From assembly GCA_051546255.1 (NCBI GenBank), contig CP128816.1, forward strand, positions 682,001 through 746,000: 64,000 nucleotides of DNA. The letters run 5' to 3'. Shown here one piece after another: positions 49,878 through 60,900 of the stretch; the first letter of the stretch is position 1, and every line of letters begins with the position of its first letter. The position numbers were made by a program, and so were the translations under genes. This DNA comes from Meyerozyma guilliermondii. Lineage: Eukaryota. The notes below the pieces were generated by a model. That model searched no databases and was not told the DNA's origin. It saw only the letters and a program-made list of their open reading frames with translations.

Positions 49878-52457
49878 ATGGCTCGTAAGAAGGTACAAAA
49901 GTCCAAGCCTTCGAAGAACCGAAGCAGCAGGAAAGCACACGATGCATTCCAGATAGCCCAGCGAGCAGAGTCCAGAGGCTCGAAAGCTGGGGATGACTCG
50001 GACAGCGAAAACGACGTCTTTGACGGAGTCATGGATGCCAGTAAGTTTTTGAACCGAGAGGAAGAAGAATTCGAGGACGAGGAACTCGACTCGGACGAGG
50101 CCCTTGGCTCGGAAGATGACTATGATGTGCTCAATTCGAAGTTTTCACAGACGATTAGAGACAAAGCCAAGGCTAAAAAGCTCAAGGGGAACAGACCGTT
50201 ACTGAGTGACGACGAAGAAGAAGACGGGTATAGCAGTGTAGATGAAAGCCAGTGGGTGACTTTATCGCAGGCATGGGATATGGACGAGAAAGAAAAAGGA
50301 AGAGGTCCACAAAAAAATGATGTGGTTTTGAAGGAAGATAATAGCATGGACGACGAACTGGAAATTGAGCTGCAAAGCGACGAAAACTCGGACGGAGATG
50401 AAGATCTGGAAGAGGAACAAGACCTGGAAGAAGAGGACATTTTCGAAGTTTCAGGAGACGAAGAAGACGCTGATGCACCTTTGACTACCACACTTGCAAA
50501 TATCTCTTCCAAGCTCAAGCAACCTGAAACTCAGCGAAAGAGACTTGTGACCGAGTCTAGAGAAGAAAGTATTCACTCTTTACCAACTGGAGGAAAAACA
50601 CTTTCTTTGAATGATATGATAGCTGCCGTTGACCACTCGGTAGCCAAAGATGCAATCTTGATCGATGAACCAGAGAAAGATATGCGTTCCAAGGCTCTTG
50701 CTACTCCACTTCCAGTGAACATCCAGAAGCGCCATGATAGAAAAGCAGCCTACGAAATTGCCAATGAAGAAGTGAGCAAATGGGACGATACGGTGCAGCA
50801 GAACCGCCGTGCCGAAGTGTTGAAGTTTCCAATTAATCCTGAAGTGAAACATAATGACTCGGCGATGACTTTCAGAGCAGACAATGAGCCTGCTACCGAT
50901 CTAGAGAAAAAAGTGCAAGACTTGTTGCAACAATCTGCCTTGGTTGACGACAAAAAAGAAGCTACTTTCGAGGAAATAGCCGTCGCCAAACTCGCACCCG
51001 AAGAGCTTAAGAAAAGAACCAATGAGCTCAGATTAATGCGTGAGTTGATGTTCCGCGAGGAAAAGAGAGCAAAGAGAATCAAAAAAATAAAGTCCAAAGC
51101 ATATCGTCGGGTCCATAAGAAAGATCGCTTGCGAAACCAAGAATTAGTAGAAGGTCTGGACGATGAAGATGACCAGGATTTGAAGAGATCTCGCGAGAGA
51201 ATGACCCTCAAGCACAAAACACAATCTCTGTGGGCCAAGTCCATGATCAAAAGTGGTCTTTCGAAAGATGCAGAGAACAGAGCAGACCTCGAAGAGATGT
51301 TGAGACAAGGTGAAAGGCTTCGTTCGAAGCAGCTCGGCCACGAAGAAGGTGAACAGAGCGACTCAGGTGTATCAGAATTGGAAGAGGAGTACGAAAACGA
51401 CCAAGAAGACGATAATAGAGCTAAACTCGGCAAAGGTGTTTTGGCTATGGACTTTATGAAAGATGCAGAAGAGCGCAAGAGGAAAGAAAATCTCAGAGAG
51501 ATTGAAGAAACCCGCCAACTTGAAGAGGGATTAACTGGACTTGCAGAAGAGCCAACTTCTGTGAGCACCACCAAAAACCAGGGACGAAGAGTGTACACTC
51601 CAGCAGCACAAATTGCAAGTGCCGCGAATGCAGAAGTCAATGAAACTTTGCGAGCAGAAATTGAAGACGACGAGGCTCACAATTTGGTCGCAAAGATGTC
51701 AGGAAAGGTTACTAAAACCACACCAAAGACGGAATTCAAGACATCTGCAGATTTGCAAGAAGAGACTGAACAGAAAGATGATGAAGATGAAGTCAATCCA
51801 TGGCTTGCAACGACCGATACTCATGCTAAATCAAGCAAAATTTCCACTGTTGACAAGGACTCTTCAAAGCAAGTCAAATCAGCACACAAAATATCCAAGC
51901 ACAAGAAAGAAAAAAATCCAAATGCCAAAGAAAATTTGATAGACATCGATGACACTATTAGAATGCGGACAGAAGGTGAAGAGTTTGATGACTCTGAGAC
52001 TCATATGTTCCAACAGCGTGATTTGATAAAAGAGGCATTTGCTGGTGACGATGTCATGCAAGAGTTTGAAGCAGAAAAGAGGCAAGTGATCAGAGATGAA
52101 GGTGACAAGGTTGAGGATTTGACGTTGCCAGGATGGGGAGACTGGGCTGGTGGAAACCGTAAGAGAAAAAAGAATAAAGTCGTTCGGACAATCGACGGTG
52201 TGGTCCAGAAAGATAAGAGACAAGATCGCACAAAAAAGAATGTCATAATTAATGAAAAGGTGAACAAGAAGAATTTGAAATATCAATCTTCTGGAGTTCC
52301 ATTTCCATTTGAGTCTCGAGAACAATACGAAAGATCATTGCGGATGCCGGTGGGTCAAGAATGGACTTCTCGTGAAACTCACCAGAAACTCACCATGCCT
52401 CGTGTGATCGTCAAACAGGGTACTGTTATCGATCCAATCAAAGCTCCTTTCAAGTAG
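49878..52457 (+). CDS. UTP14: SSU processome component Utp14
   Basis: RIKKIKSKAYRR, ERMTLKHK, AFAGDDV, LPGWGDWAG, YERSLRMPVGQEW. Confidence 0.95.
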   Translation: MARKKVQKSKPSKNRSSRKAHDAFQIAQRAESRGSKAGDDSDSENDVFDGVMDASKFLNREEEEFEDEELDSDEALGSEDDYDVLNSKFSQTIRDKAKAKKLKGNRPLLSDDEEEDGYSSVDESQWVTLSQAWDMDEKEKGRGPQKNDVVLKEDNSMDDELEIELQSDENSDGDEDLEEEQDLEEEDIFEVSGDEEDADAPLTTTLANISSKLKQPETQRKRLVTESREESIHSLPTGGKTLSLNDMIAAVDHSVAKDAILIDEPEKDMRSKALATPLPVNIQKRHDRKAAYEIANEEVSKWDDTVQQNRRAEVLKFPINPEVKHNDSAMTFRADNEPATDLEKKVQDLLQQSALVDDKKEATFEEIAVAKLAPEELKKRTNELRLMRELMFREEKRAKRIKKIKSKAYRRVHKKDRLRNQELVEGLDDEDDQDLKRSRERMTLKHKTQSLWAKSMIKSGLSKDAENRADLEEMLRQGERLRSKQLGHEEGEQSDSGVSELEEEYENDQEDDNRAKLGKGVLAMDFMKDAEERKRKENLREIEETRQLEEGLTGLAEEPTSVSTTKNQGRRVYTPAAQIASAANAEVNETLRAEIEDDEAHNLVAKMSGKVTKTTPKTEFKTSADLQEETEQKDDEDEVNPWLATTDTHAKSSKISTVDKDSSKQVKSAHKISKHKKEKNPNAKENLIDIDDTIRMRTEGEEFDDSETHMFQQRDLIKEAFAGDDVMQEFEAEKRQVIRDEGDKVEDLTLPGWGDWAGGNRKRKKNKVVRTIDGVVQKDKRQDRTKKNVIINEKVNKKNLKYQSSGVPFPFESREQYERSLRMPVGQEWTSRETHQKLTMPRVIVKQGTVIDPIKAPFK

Positions 52458-52500
52458 CATGTACATTATTCATATTAAGCAGCATAACAATCAATGTAAG

Positions 52501-54177
52501 TTATTCAATCAAAAGTCCGTTTCTTTCCATCCAATTCTTTCCACTCATAAACACTCCCTCAGGATCCATTTCCTTGCGTACCTTGTTGAAAGCTTCCAAG
52601 TCCTTACCGAACCATTTGTGCATCACTGGGTCAAATCCCAACATGGTATAAAACGGCTTTCCACCATACTGGACTTGATATTGAGTATTGTCCTTAGTTG
52701 CATGTTTTCCTTGTAAGCCAAGAAAGTTCTTTGCCCAATGAGGCTTTCCACCAGCAGTCATCATAATGTCTTCAAATTCCTGGTACCAAGCTCTGGTAGA
52801 CGGACTGGTGCCAAATGGTCGATACATAGTTGCATTGATGAACAATGTCAAGTTTTCGTTGGTTATAGGCGACTCTGCATCTTTGCCAACATATGGTAGT
52901 CCATGAGGTGAGTTGTCCAAGTAAGGTCTCAAGTTGTTTCCAGGTGTAGGTCCAGCACTAAATCTGTCTCTTTTAGCGAGCCAGGATTTCGGTGGGTAGT
53001 TGGAAGGTTGTCCCGTTTCGTCATCGACAAACGGTTCATGAGAATATGTTACATTAGAACATCTCACTTCAATTGGTGCGTGAACAAAGAACTTTCCTTC
53101 CCTTGCAGCAACCTTAATTTTGGTATCTAAAGCAAGTAAAGTGTCCACTCCGGTAGATAAAGGAGCAGACCACTCGTTCACAAATTGGGAAAACAAACAG
53201 TCCATATTGAGCGCATCGACTGAATCTTGCACTGCAACATCTCCTGGCCCAATAGTTTCGGTAAAGCCATATTGGTTTTTGAACACAAACTTCTCGACCC
53301 ATGGTGTTATTCTGGGAAAAATATTGACAGCGACAAATAATAAAGATTCATAAAAGAAACGTCCAAATGGGGTACCATACCATGAAGAGCGAGGGGCACT
53401 CAAAGGTTCATCGGATTTTGAGGCTCTCCAGCAAAGACACTTTTCAGAATAAGGGAACCACCATATACGAATAAACTCAGATTCTAACCAGATTTCATCC
53501 CACAATTTGATCAAGGTTGAGAAATTTATCACTTCCTGCTTTGACTTGATGGTATAGCGAGGAATGGTTCTCAAGGTTACCTTGACAATAATACCAATCT
53601 TTCCAAGAGAAAGCAAAGAAGCTCTGAAAAGCTCGGGGTTTTTGGTGGAAGAACACTCGATCGGCTTTCCTTCGGAGTTCATAATGGTAATCGACACCAA
53701 TTGTTCACACACCAAACCATGGTACTTGGACGAGCCATGAGTACCCGTTGAGATCAAACCCGCAATAGACTGTTCACTAATTGAACCCAAATTTTGAATG
53801 GCAAGTTTGTTCTTCTTGGCATATTCGTTCAATTGGTAGATTCTACAACCAGCTTCAACTGTCAAATCCACAAATTTCACTTCTTGCTCAGAAGGATTGT
53901 CCTTCTTGGGGCCCAAAAAATCTTCTTTTTTCAACACTTTGTCCATCTTGTCCAAGTTACAGAGCCATTCAGAAGTCATAGTCATGTCACTAGGGGAATG
54001 GCCAGAGCCAACCGTCATGATAGTCTTGCCATGGAGCCGAGCTTGCTTGATTAATTCAGCAACTTCAGTCTCATTTCTTGGCTGGAATATGGCCTGCGGC
54101 TTGCATTGAAACGTGCCTGCCCACGTACGATGTACCACCTTGGTGGTAGCAAAATCTTGAAGCGTACTAGGGATCAT
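52501..54177 (-). CDS. ALO1: D-arabinono-1,4-lactone oxidase
   Basis: VGSGHSPSD (covalent FAD His), NLGSISEQS, TGTHGSS, HAPIEVR, GGKPHWAK. Confidence 0.95.
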   Translation of the reverse strand: MIPSTLQDFATTKVVHRTWAGTFQCKPQAIFQPRNETEVAELIKQARLHGKTIMTVGSGHSPSDMTMTSEWLCNLDKMDKVLKKEDFLGPKKDNPSEQEVKFVDLTVEAGCRIYQLNEYAKKNKLAIQNLGSISEQSIAGLISTGTHGSSKYHGLVCEQLVSITIMNSEGKPIECSSTKNPELFRASLLSLGKIGIIVKVTLRTIPRYTIKSKQEVINFSTLIKLWDEIWLESEFIRIWWFPYSEKCLCWRASKSDEPLSAPRSSWYGTPFGRFFYESLLFVAVNIFPRITPWVEKFVFKNQYGFTETIGPGDVAVQDSVDALNMDCLFSQFVNEWSAPLSTGVDTLLALDTKIKVAAREGKFFVHAPIEVRCSNVTYSHEPFVDDETGQPSNYPPKSWLAKRDRFSAGPTPGNNLRPYLDNSPHGLPYVGKDAESPITNENLTLFINATMYRPFGTSPSTRAWYQEFEDIMMTAGGKPHWAKNFLGLQGKHATKDNTQYQVQYGGKPFYTMLGFDPVMHKWFGKDLEAFNKVRKEMDPEGVFMSGKNWMERNGLLIE

Positions 54178-54470
54178 TGATTACTGAAAAGTCGCGGCTT
54201 CGGACTTCATTATAGTTGTGTACTGCATACAAGATGCCACATCCACTAGCGGCAACTTGCAGCGCCCATTCTTCAGATGCAGTTTGTAAGCAGCGTCAAG
54301 GTATATATGGTTGCAAAGCACACTAATAAAGGTGAAATGGATCTCAATTTTCTCCCTTTGTTCATTTTTCGTTCTCGTGGCCCTCCTTAGCGGTGTCTCT
54401 CTTTTGCACCCATAAGCTGGTGCACGGGTGTGGTGGCCCACTAAGACCGAGGCACTCACCATTTCAAGTT

Positions 54471-55325
54471 ATGGCTATCAAGACACAGTCCACGGCTTCC
54501 ATTCTGCCCGAAAAACAGGCTCTTTTGGATAAAATCTTGGGCATAGCACAAGAAGAACAACGTAGGGGCAACAAATCAATCACAAAGGAAAATCTTGCTG
54601 CTCTTGAACGTCACGTCTTGGAAAGGAAACGTTTAGCTGGTGGTTCGAAATCGAAAAATAAACCAAGTTTACCGGTTCCAGAAGCCCCCAAACCATTGGT
54701 GTGTCCTCTATTTGAGAAATACAACTTACCCAACCAGTCCACAACACCTAATCATAGACGAATTCGTCGCCAGGTCAACTTGGGATCGAAATTCACGCTC
54801 AAAAAACTCGAATTTATTTTTGTTCAAGTATTAGAAATGGTAGCCAATTTGCTCGATAACCTTCATTTGTTCCTGAAACTACCTGGATTTCCTGAAGGAT
54901 TGGTTAAAGTGTTGCTGCATACCAATAAATTGTGGGTGCTTATATTGGTGTTTTTGATTAGAAAAACGGTGCTGCAACTTCTCAATGTTATTCGCAAGGA
55001 AAAGAAGGTGAATGTCGAACTCAACATCCTATCGCAGAGTAAAAATTCCAAGGTTTTGTTGAACTCAGAATCACAAGATCCTTCTAACATCTACCGCAAG
55101 TATGAAAAGGTGTTGAAAGACTTGCGTTTTGACAAGTCCATGTTGGTGCTCGAACTCATAGGTAACTTTATGGACTTGGCATTTAATGTCATTGAACTCT
55201 ACGGGGTTCCAGTGCCAGACTGGTTGATGAGCGGGTTGAATTTTGCCAGTATGGCCATGACGGTTTACAGAATGAACAAGGACGACGAATACATTGACGA
55301 CGACATTACCGAGGACTTGATTTAG
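54471..55325 (+). CDS. Probable peroxisomal membrane protein, Pex34/Pex36-like (tentative)
   Basis: ATG 54471; C-terminal half has amphipathic and hydrophobic helices (NLLDNL...NKLWVLILVFLI...ELIGNFMDL) resembling my recall of the Pex34 layout. Confidence 0.45.
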   Translation: MAIKTQSTASILPEKQALLDKILGIAQEEQRRGNKSITKENLAALERHVLERKRLAGGSKSKNKPSLPVPEAPKPLVCPLFEKYNLPNQSTTPNHRRIRRQVNLGSKFTLKKLEFIFVQVLEMVANLLDNLHLFLKLPGFPEGLVKVLLHTNKLWVLILVFLIRKTVLQLLNVIRKEKKVNVELNILSQSKNSKVLLNSESQDPSNIYRKYEKVLKDLRFDKSMLVLELIGNFMDLAFNVIELYGVPVPDWLMSGLNFASMAMTVYRMNKDDEYIDDDITEDLI

Positions 55326-55428
55326 GTCCCAATTGCTCGCTCCAGGAACCTAGTCTACGCTATTTAGCCTATGAATATTTATTACGACTCGCCATATTTA
55401 ATGCGAAATTGAATTCTCACAACTTGTT

Positions 55429-57516
55429 ATGTCTGCTATAAGCGCCCTACTAGACAAAAATCGTGGCCAGTTGAACGCGGTTGAATCCGATATATCAGCT
55501 CTAGTAGACAGTATCTCCATCTCCGAGATCTCTCGAGATCCAAATCTCAAGTATAAGATCGACGACAATGAAAGCATCGAGCAAGCAGAATTGATGAGCG
55601 AAACAATTGCACAATTATCCAACAAAAGCACAGAGATTGATACCGGATTGCACCAATTGGATGACTTGTGGGTTATTAAGAGCTTACTACAAGAAATAAA
55701 AGTTGGGTTGAACCCTTTAGGGGAAGATAACTATGCTTGTGACAAAGATGATCTTGAGTCTGTCGTAGCAAACTTGAGCAAACTCGATAAAAAAGTGTCA
55801 AAATTGGACAAGTCACTTGTAATTCGAAGCTTAGTATCACAGGAGGTTTTAGAACGCAAAGTTGAAGTGGTTAATCAAATGCTGAATACATTCGAAACGT
55901 TCTTTCCTCACCAATGCGAATTCCATTCAAACACCGACGAAAGCCATTATAGTCTCTCAGAGTTCTTGAGCATCCCCGAACGGTTCCCCGATCTTAATTT
56001 GGATGCTATTTTTAAGTCCTTCATCAGAAAATTGCAAGTTTATTGGGACACAGAAGTTCTTGATAAATTGTGCGATAACAGCTTTACGCTGGAATTACAG
56101 AGAACAGATGACTCCGTAAAGCTTGTGCTTCACAAAAACACAAAAGGGTTCTCTGCTCTGTACTTTATTTCTATGGAAAACTTCATTCGGTTTGTGGATC
56201 TTGTCGATAATCAGAACCTACGTAATGTGTTCCTGTCCAAGATATCACATAGCTTGATGCAAGTGATCTCTCTGAACATCGGAGCCTTGATGCAATCACA
56301 AAACAACTCGGCCACGAACGAATTGGTTAATCTCGTCAACGTGGCTCGAGAGACAGGCTGGTCTTTGTCAATTGGGAGCACATTCAACTCTTCTCAGAAT
56401 CTTCACGAAAAGCTTGGAAATCTCTATCTTGAATGGATTGAGGACAAGTACATCGATCAAATCATGCAGTTTTTTAAGGACCATTTCAAGGAGGCTACCG
56501 ACCAAATATCAGAAGCAAAGGTGCCCAATACCAAGAAGCAAAAAGTTGTAAATGGCGAACAAGGTCTGGATGATTGGGACGAAGATTGGAATGAAGATGG
56601 ATGGGATGAAGAAGTACAAGATGATTGGAATTGGGGAGACGAAGAAACTCCCCAACAGCCTCCAAAGTCTCCCAGAAAACACAACCTTACTCAACAGGAT
56701 ACCTCTATGATGATCGTCAGTGACGTACCTTCCAGACTTCAAAGCATAATCGAGGAATTTAAAACCGAGTCCAAAAATGAAAACTTTAATATCTTGGCAA
56801 TTGCCATTCAATCGCTGCTGTTGGTGTATTACCCACCATTAGAGCAGACGTTTCTTCTTTATAATGATTTGAAACAAATGGGAAATCTTTTCGGGTCTTT
56901 TGAGTTGACCAAATTTGCCGATACTCTCTGGAGCCAACTGAAGTTGAAATTCACAAACCAGCTCGTTGAGCTAGTTCTTGCCGTCGATTTGCAGCATGAT
57001 GATTTTGTCGCAGCTTCAACAGACCTCAACAAGTTTGAATTGGATGAGGATAATTGGACACAATTGAGTAAAATTAACAACTGGTTCAAGAGTTTGTTTT
57101 CAACTGATTTGCCCACGACGAATAAGCCCATGTTTCATGATTTCATCATTGACATGATTAATTTGATCAATAGTTGGCTTGCTAATTCCATTATCAGAAT
57201 GGACGAAATCACCGAATATCAGTCGATAAAAATTACAACTATAGTGGAAATGATGCAAAACGTCACCTTGCCGAATGTGCAACAAGTGGGCGATACAAAA
57301 GAAGGCGTGGACTCTTTCCATAAACTTGACAACGTTGTGTTCTTGATCAATAACCATCTTAAAGAAATCAAGGAGAGATTTTACGATGGTGAGTTTTTCG
57401 ACTTGCAAACTCATGAGCTTACTTCCTTGATCAAATCTGTGTTTGTTCAGAGCGAACCTAGAGACAGCTTGATCACAGAGATTTCAGAGTTCAGAGACAT
57501 GGTAGAGGAAGAGTAG
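55429..57516 (+). CDS. DSL1: Dsl1 ER tethering complex subunit
   Basis: Acidic Trp-rich lasso DDWDEDWNEDGWDEE...DDWNWGDE; C-terminal FYDGEFFDL...LIKSVF; neighbour of ATX1. Confidence 0.88.
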   Translation: MSAISALLDKNRGQLNAVESDISALVDSISISEISRDPNLKYKIDDNESIEQAELMSETIAQLSNKSTEIDTGLHQLDDLWVIKSLLQEIKVGLNPLGEDNYACDKDDLESVVANLSKLDKKVSKLDKSLVIRSLVSQEVLERKVEVVNQMLNTFETFFPHQCEFHSNTDESHYSLSEFLSIPERFPDLNLDAIFKSFIRKLQVYWDTEVLDKLCDNSFTLELQRTDDSVKLVLHKNTKGFSALYFISMENFIRFVDLVDNQNLRNVFLSKISHSLMQVISLNIGALMQSQNNSATNELVNLVNVARETGWSLSIGSTFNSSQNLHEKLGNLYLEWIEDKYIDQIMQFFKDHFKEATDQISEAKVPNTKKQKVVNGEQGLDDWDEDWNEDGWDEEVQDDWNWGDEETPQQPPKSPRKHNLTQQDTSMMIVSDVPSRLQSIIEEFKTESKNENFNILAIAIQSLLLVYYPPLEQTFLLYNDLKQMGNLFGSFELTKFADTLWSQLKLKFTNQLVELVLAVDLQHDDFVAASTDLNKFELDEDNWTQLSKINNWFKSLFSTDLPTTNKPMFHDFIIDMINLINSWLANSIIRMDEITEYQSIKITTIVEMMQNVTLPNVQQVGDTKEGVDSFHKLDNVVFLINNHLKEIKERFYDGEFFDLQTHELTSLIKSVFVQSEPRDSLITEISEFRDMVEEE

Positions 57517-57538
57517 TTATTCCGTTCATTACATCTAT

Positions 57539-57760
57539 TTAAAACACCACCTTTCCGTCATTTACCTTTTTCCCAGTCTTGGAAATCGTCTGGTAGACGG
57601 TATCATAATCTAAAGAATCAGAAGTAGTAACATCAACCGTCTGCTTCTCTAAAGAAATGTCTATATTATCCACGCCGTCAAGTTTTGTTAGCACTCTATT
57701 GACTGCATTCGAGCAGCCTGAGCATGACATTGAAACGTCAAAGTGATATTTATGACCCAT
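57539..57760 (-). CDS. ATX1: Copper chaperone Atx1
   Basis: MSCSGCS metal-binding motif and KTGK in a 73-aa HMA domain. Confidence 0.95.
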   Translation of the reverse strand: MGHKYHFDVSMSCSGCSNAVNRVLTKLDGVDNIDISLEKQTVDVTTSDSLDYDTVYQTISKTGKKVNDGKVVF

Positions 57761-57981
57761 TGGAATAGTTTATGACAAAAAAGAAAATGCAGATTATAAA
57801 TAGGATCTGAGATATTTTAGCCACAATATCGCAACTGGGTGTTGGGGTGTCATGATACCGACTATAACCGAGATCGGTATACTAAAAAGATTCTTTAACT
57901 ATGATATATGACTGATATTTCCTAAGTTCGAAGTCAAATTAAAAACAGTCTATTCAATTGTCATAAATATATATCATAGCA

Positions 57982-60900
57982 TTAAAAGTCAGACTCAGTG
58001 ATCCCGGACTTGAGGCACATTGCTCTAAATATACCATCCGGCTTTCTGAAAAGGTTCTGCGGAGTGTCCAACTCCTTCACTTCACCATGGTCCAACGTTA
58101 AGATCCTATCGTAGCTGATGATGGTTTTAAGCCGATGGGCTATGCACAAAATGGTGCAGTCTTTAAATTCGTTCACAATGGTTCGTTGAATCTTGTCGTC
58201 GGTTCCATAATCAACAGACGAGGTGGCTTCGTCTAGAATAAGAATCTTGGAGTTTCTCACCAACGCTCTTGCGAAAGCAATCAACTGTCTCTCACCTAGT
58301 GAGAAATTGATACCTTCTTCCTCAACTTCCTGTTGCAAATGAAACTTGTGCAATTCGTCGTCCAAATCTTTCTGTTGCACTTTTACATCGTCAAGTTCAG
58401 TCTCTTCGATCAAACCTGCTCTCCGAAGAGCATCCCATAATACAGAGTCTGGGTGTTCATCAAATGGATCCAAGTTTCTCCTGATGGAACCCGTGAAAAG
58501 TGCAGGGTCTTGAGGAATAATGGAAAGATTAGATCTCAAAGTGCTCAATCCAATTGTTGAAATATCAACACCATCAATGAAAATCTTCCCGTCGGCAAGC
58601 TCATTAAGCCTGTACAAGGCGTTCATTATAGAAGACTTTCCGGCACCAGTTCTTCCGCAAATACCAATGCGTTCCCCAGAATTCACCTTGAAGCTAAGTT
58701 CCTTCAATACATGCGGTAACCCTTGACGGTAGCTGAAAGAAACTTTGTCAAATTCAATCTCTCCTCGATTTGGCCATGGCGCTTCCACAGAGGTGGTACC
58801 CACATTATGATCGGCTTCTTGAGGCAAGTGAAGAGCATATTGGCATAATCTTTCGGCCGCATTCATGTCGTTTTCAAGCATGGTCCACGATCTAATAAGT
58901 TGAGTCAATTCTGGGCCCAATTGAAGCGAATAACTGACAAGCAAACCAGCAGTAGCAGCATTGATTTTAAACACACGATTCACACAAAGTAATGAAATCA
59001 CAAGTGCAACAATGTTTGCTAATGTATCGAGACCAATGTTAAGAAACCTTTGCAAAGCCCAAACAGTATACCCGGCTTCGTTCATTCTGTCAAGATGGGA
59101 CTCACACTTTTCGGAAAATCTACCTTCTGACTTGTATGCCCTGATTGTGGTATTACCACTCAATGTTTCGTTGAAGGTATTGTAAACGAATGACCGTTGA
59201 ACGGCTTCAATTCTTCTGATTTCACGACACGATGCTTGATAGTAATTAGCAAAGGCAATGAAGAGCGCGGCCATGATGGGAATAAGAAGTGCAATCCATG
59301 GCAAGTAGATAATGTTCAAGATTATCATGCCAACCAAACGAGATAAACCGTAGACGAAAAGCCTCAATTGTTCACTAATCTCATTGTCCAATGCGTCAGT
59401 ATCTTTTGTGAATCGGTTCATAATTCTTCCCATTGGGTTGGTGTCAATGAAAGACATGGGCGCATGTAAAATTCTCTTGATGGAAACTACATTCAAGATT
59501 TTGGATGCATTGGTCGTCATACCGATAAGACTGACAAACTCGATTGTGAGAAAGATTAACCACAGAAGAACAAGTGCCAGATATATTCCCTGATATGTTG
59601 CGTCAGACAAACCTGGAAATTTATGCGATACCCAGAAGGATAACCACGTATTGGTGAAAATATCAGCAAACGTGGAGATGCACATCAAGGGTATAAAGAC
59701 CAAGAAAAATCCCCAGGCACGAAACTTTCCACTTCCATACTTCAAGTATGTCTTGTATACCTCGAGGCGAAGACTATTGACGGCCTGCTCTTCCTTTTCA
59801 ACAAGCTTGCCCTTTTTCAAATTGTCGTCAGAGTCGTTAGTTTGAATCGACAAAACATCAGTACTTGCACCCACCCTTCTTTTGGTAAGAGTTTGTGATT
59901 TTCGGCTATGATCAGACTCCTCTTCAATAGGAAGCTCTTCAATTGAAATGTCATCATCGTTCAATGACAGTTTTTCGTTGGTACTATCATCTTCTGTGAT
60001 GTTCTTCACATTGCTAGAGAGTAATTCCTTGAAACCTGAATTTCTCGCTTCTAATTCTTCCAAGGTGCCAACGTCAACAGTTCCATCTCCACTCAAATAG
60101 GCGACTCTATTGGCAGACAGGATCAAAGAAAGTTGATGCGTGGCTAAGATTCTTGTCTTATCACCAAGCAATTTAAGCAAACATTCCTGGACAATGTGCT
60201 TACCAACTCGAGCATCAACTGCACTGAGACAGTCATCCATCAAGATGATATCCTTGTTGGCATACACAGACCTAGCCAAATTTATCCTCGCTTTTTGACC
60301 ACCTGATAAATTGATGCCCTTTTCACCAACTTCTGTCAAGTCTCCACCGGCAAAGCTATCGAAATCATCTTGCAATGAACAAGCTGAAATCACCTCTTTA
60401 TAATAGGCTGGGTCATATTCTAAGCCAAAAGTGATATTCTCTCGAATGGTAGCATTCTGGATCCAAGGCGCACCGGAAAATAATAGCGAACCGTTGATTT
60501 CAACTTGCCCTTCTTTCGTTTTCATGAAACCAGACATAGCCTGAAGTAAAGAGCTTTTACCAGAGCCAATTTTTCCAGTCACAACGAAAAACTCTCCCTT
60601 ATTAATGGTAAAGTCCACATTTTTAAGTTGAAATGTATCTTTCTTTCCTGTGAGTTTAATGTCAGGGGAGGCAGTACCAGATTTTTTCTCCTTTGAGTCG
60701 CCAGTTTTTTCATCCTCAAAAATCTCCCATTCAAAGGTAGCTTGCTTCAATTGAATAGCCTTATTGGAAGATGGGTCGTTGAAGTGGTGATAGTTCTCAT
60801 CCACACCAATCTCCTCCACATCTAGAAACTTTCCAACTCTTTTACATGCCACAAGCACATCCGCTGTTGTAGAGAGACATTGTGGTAAGAGAAAGATGAG

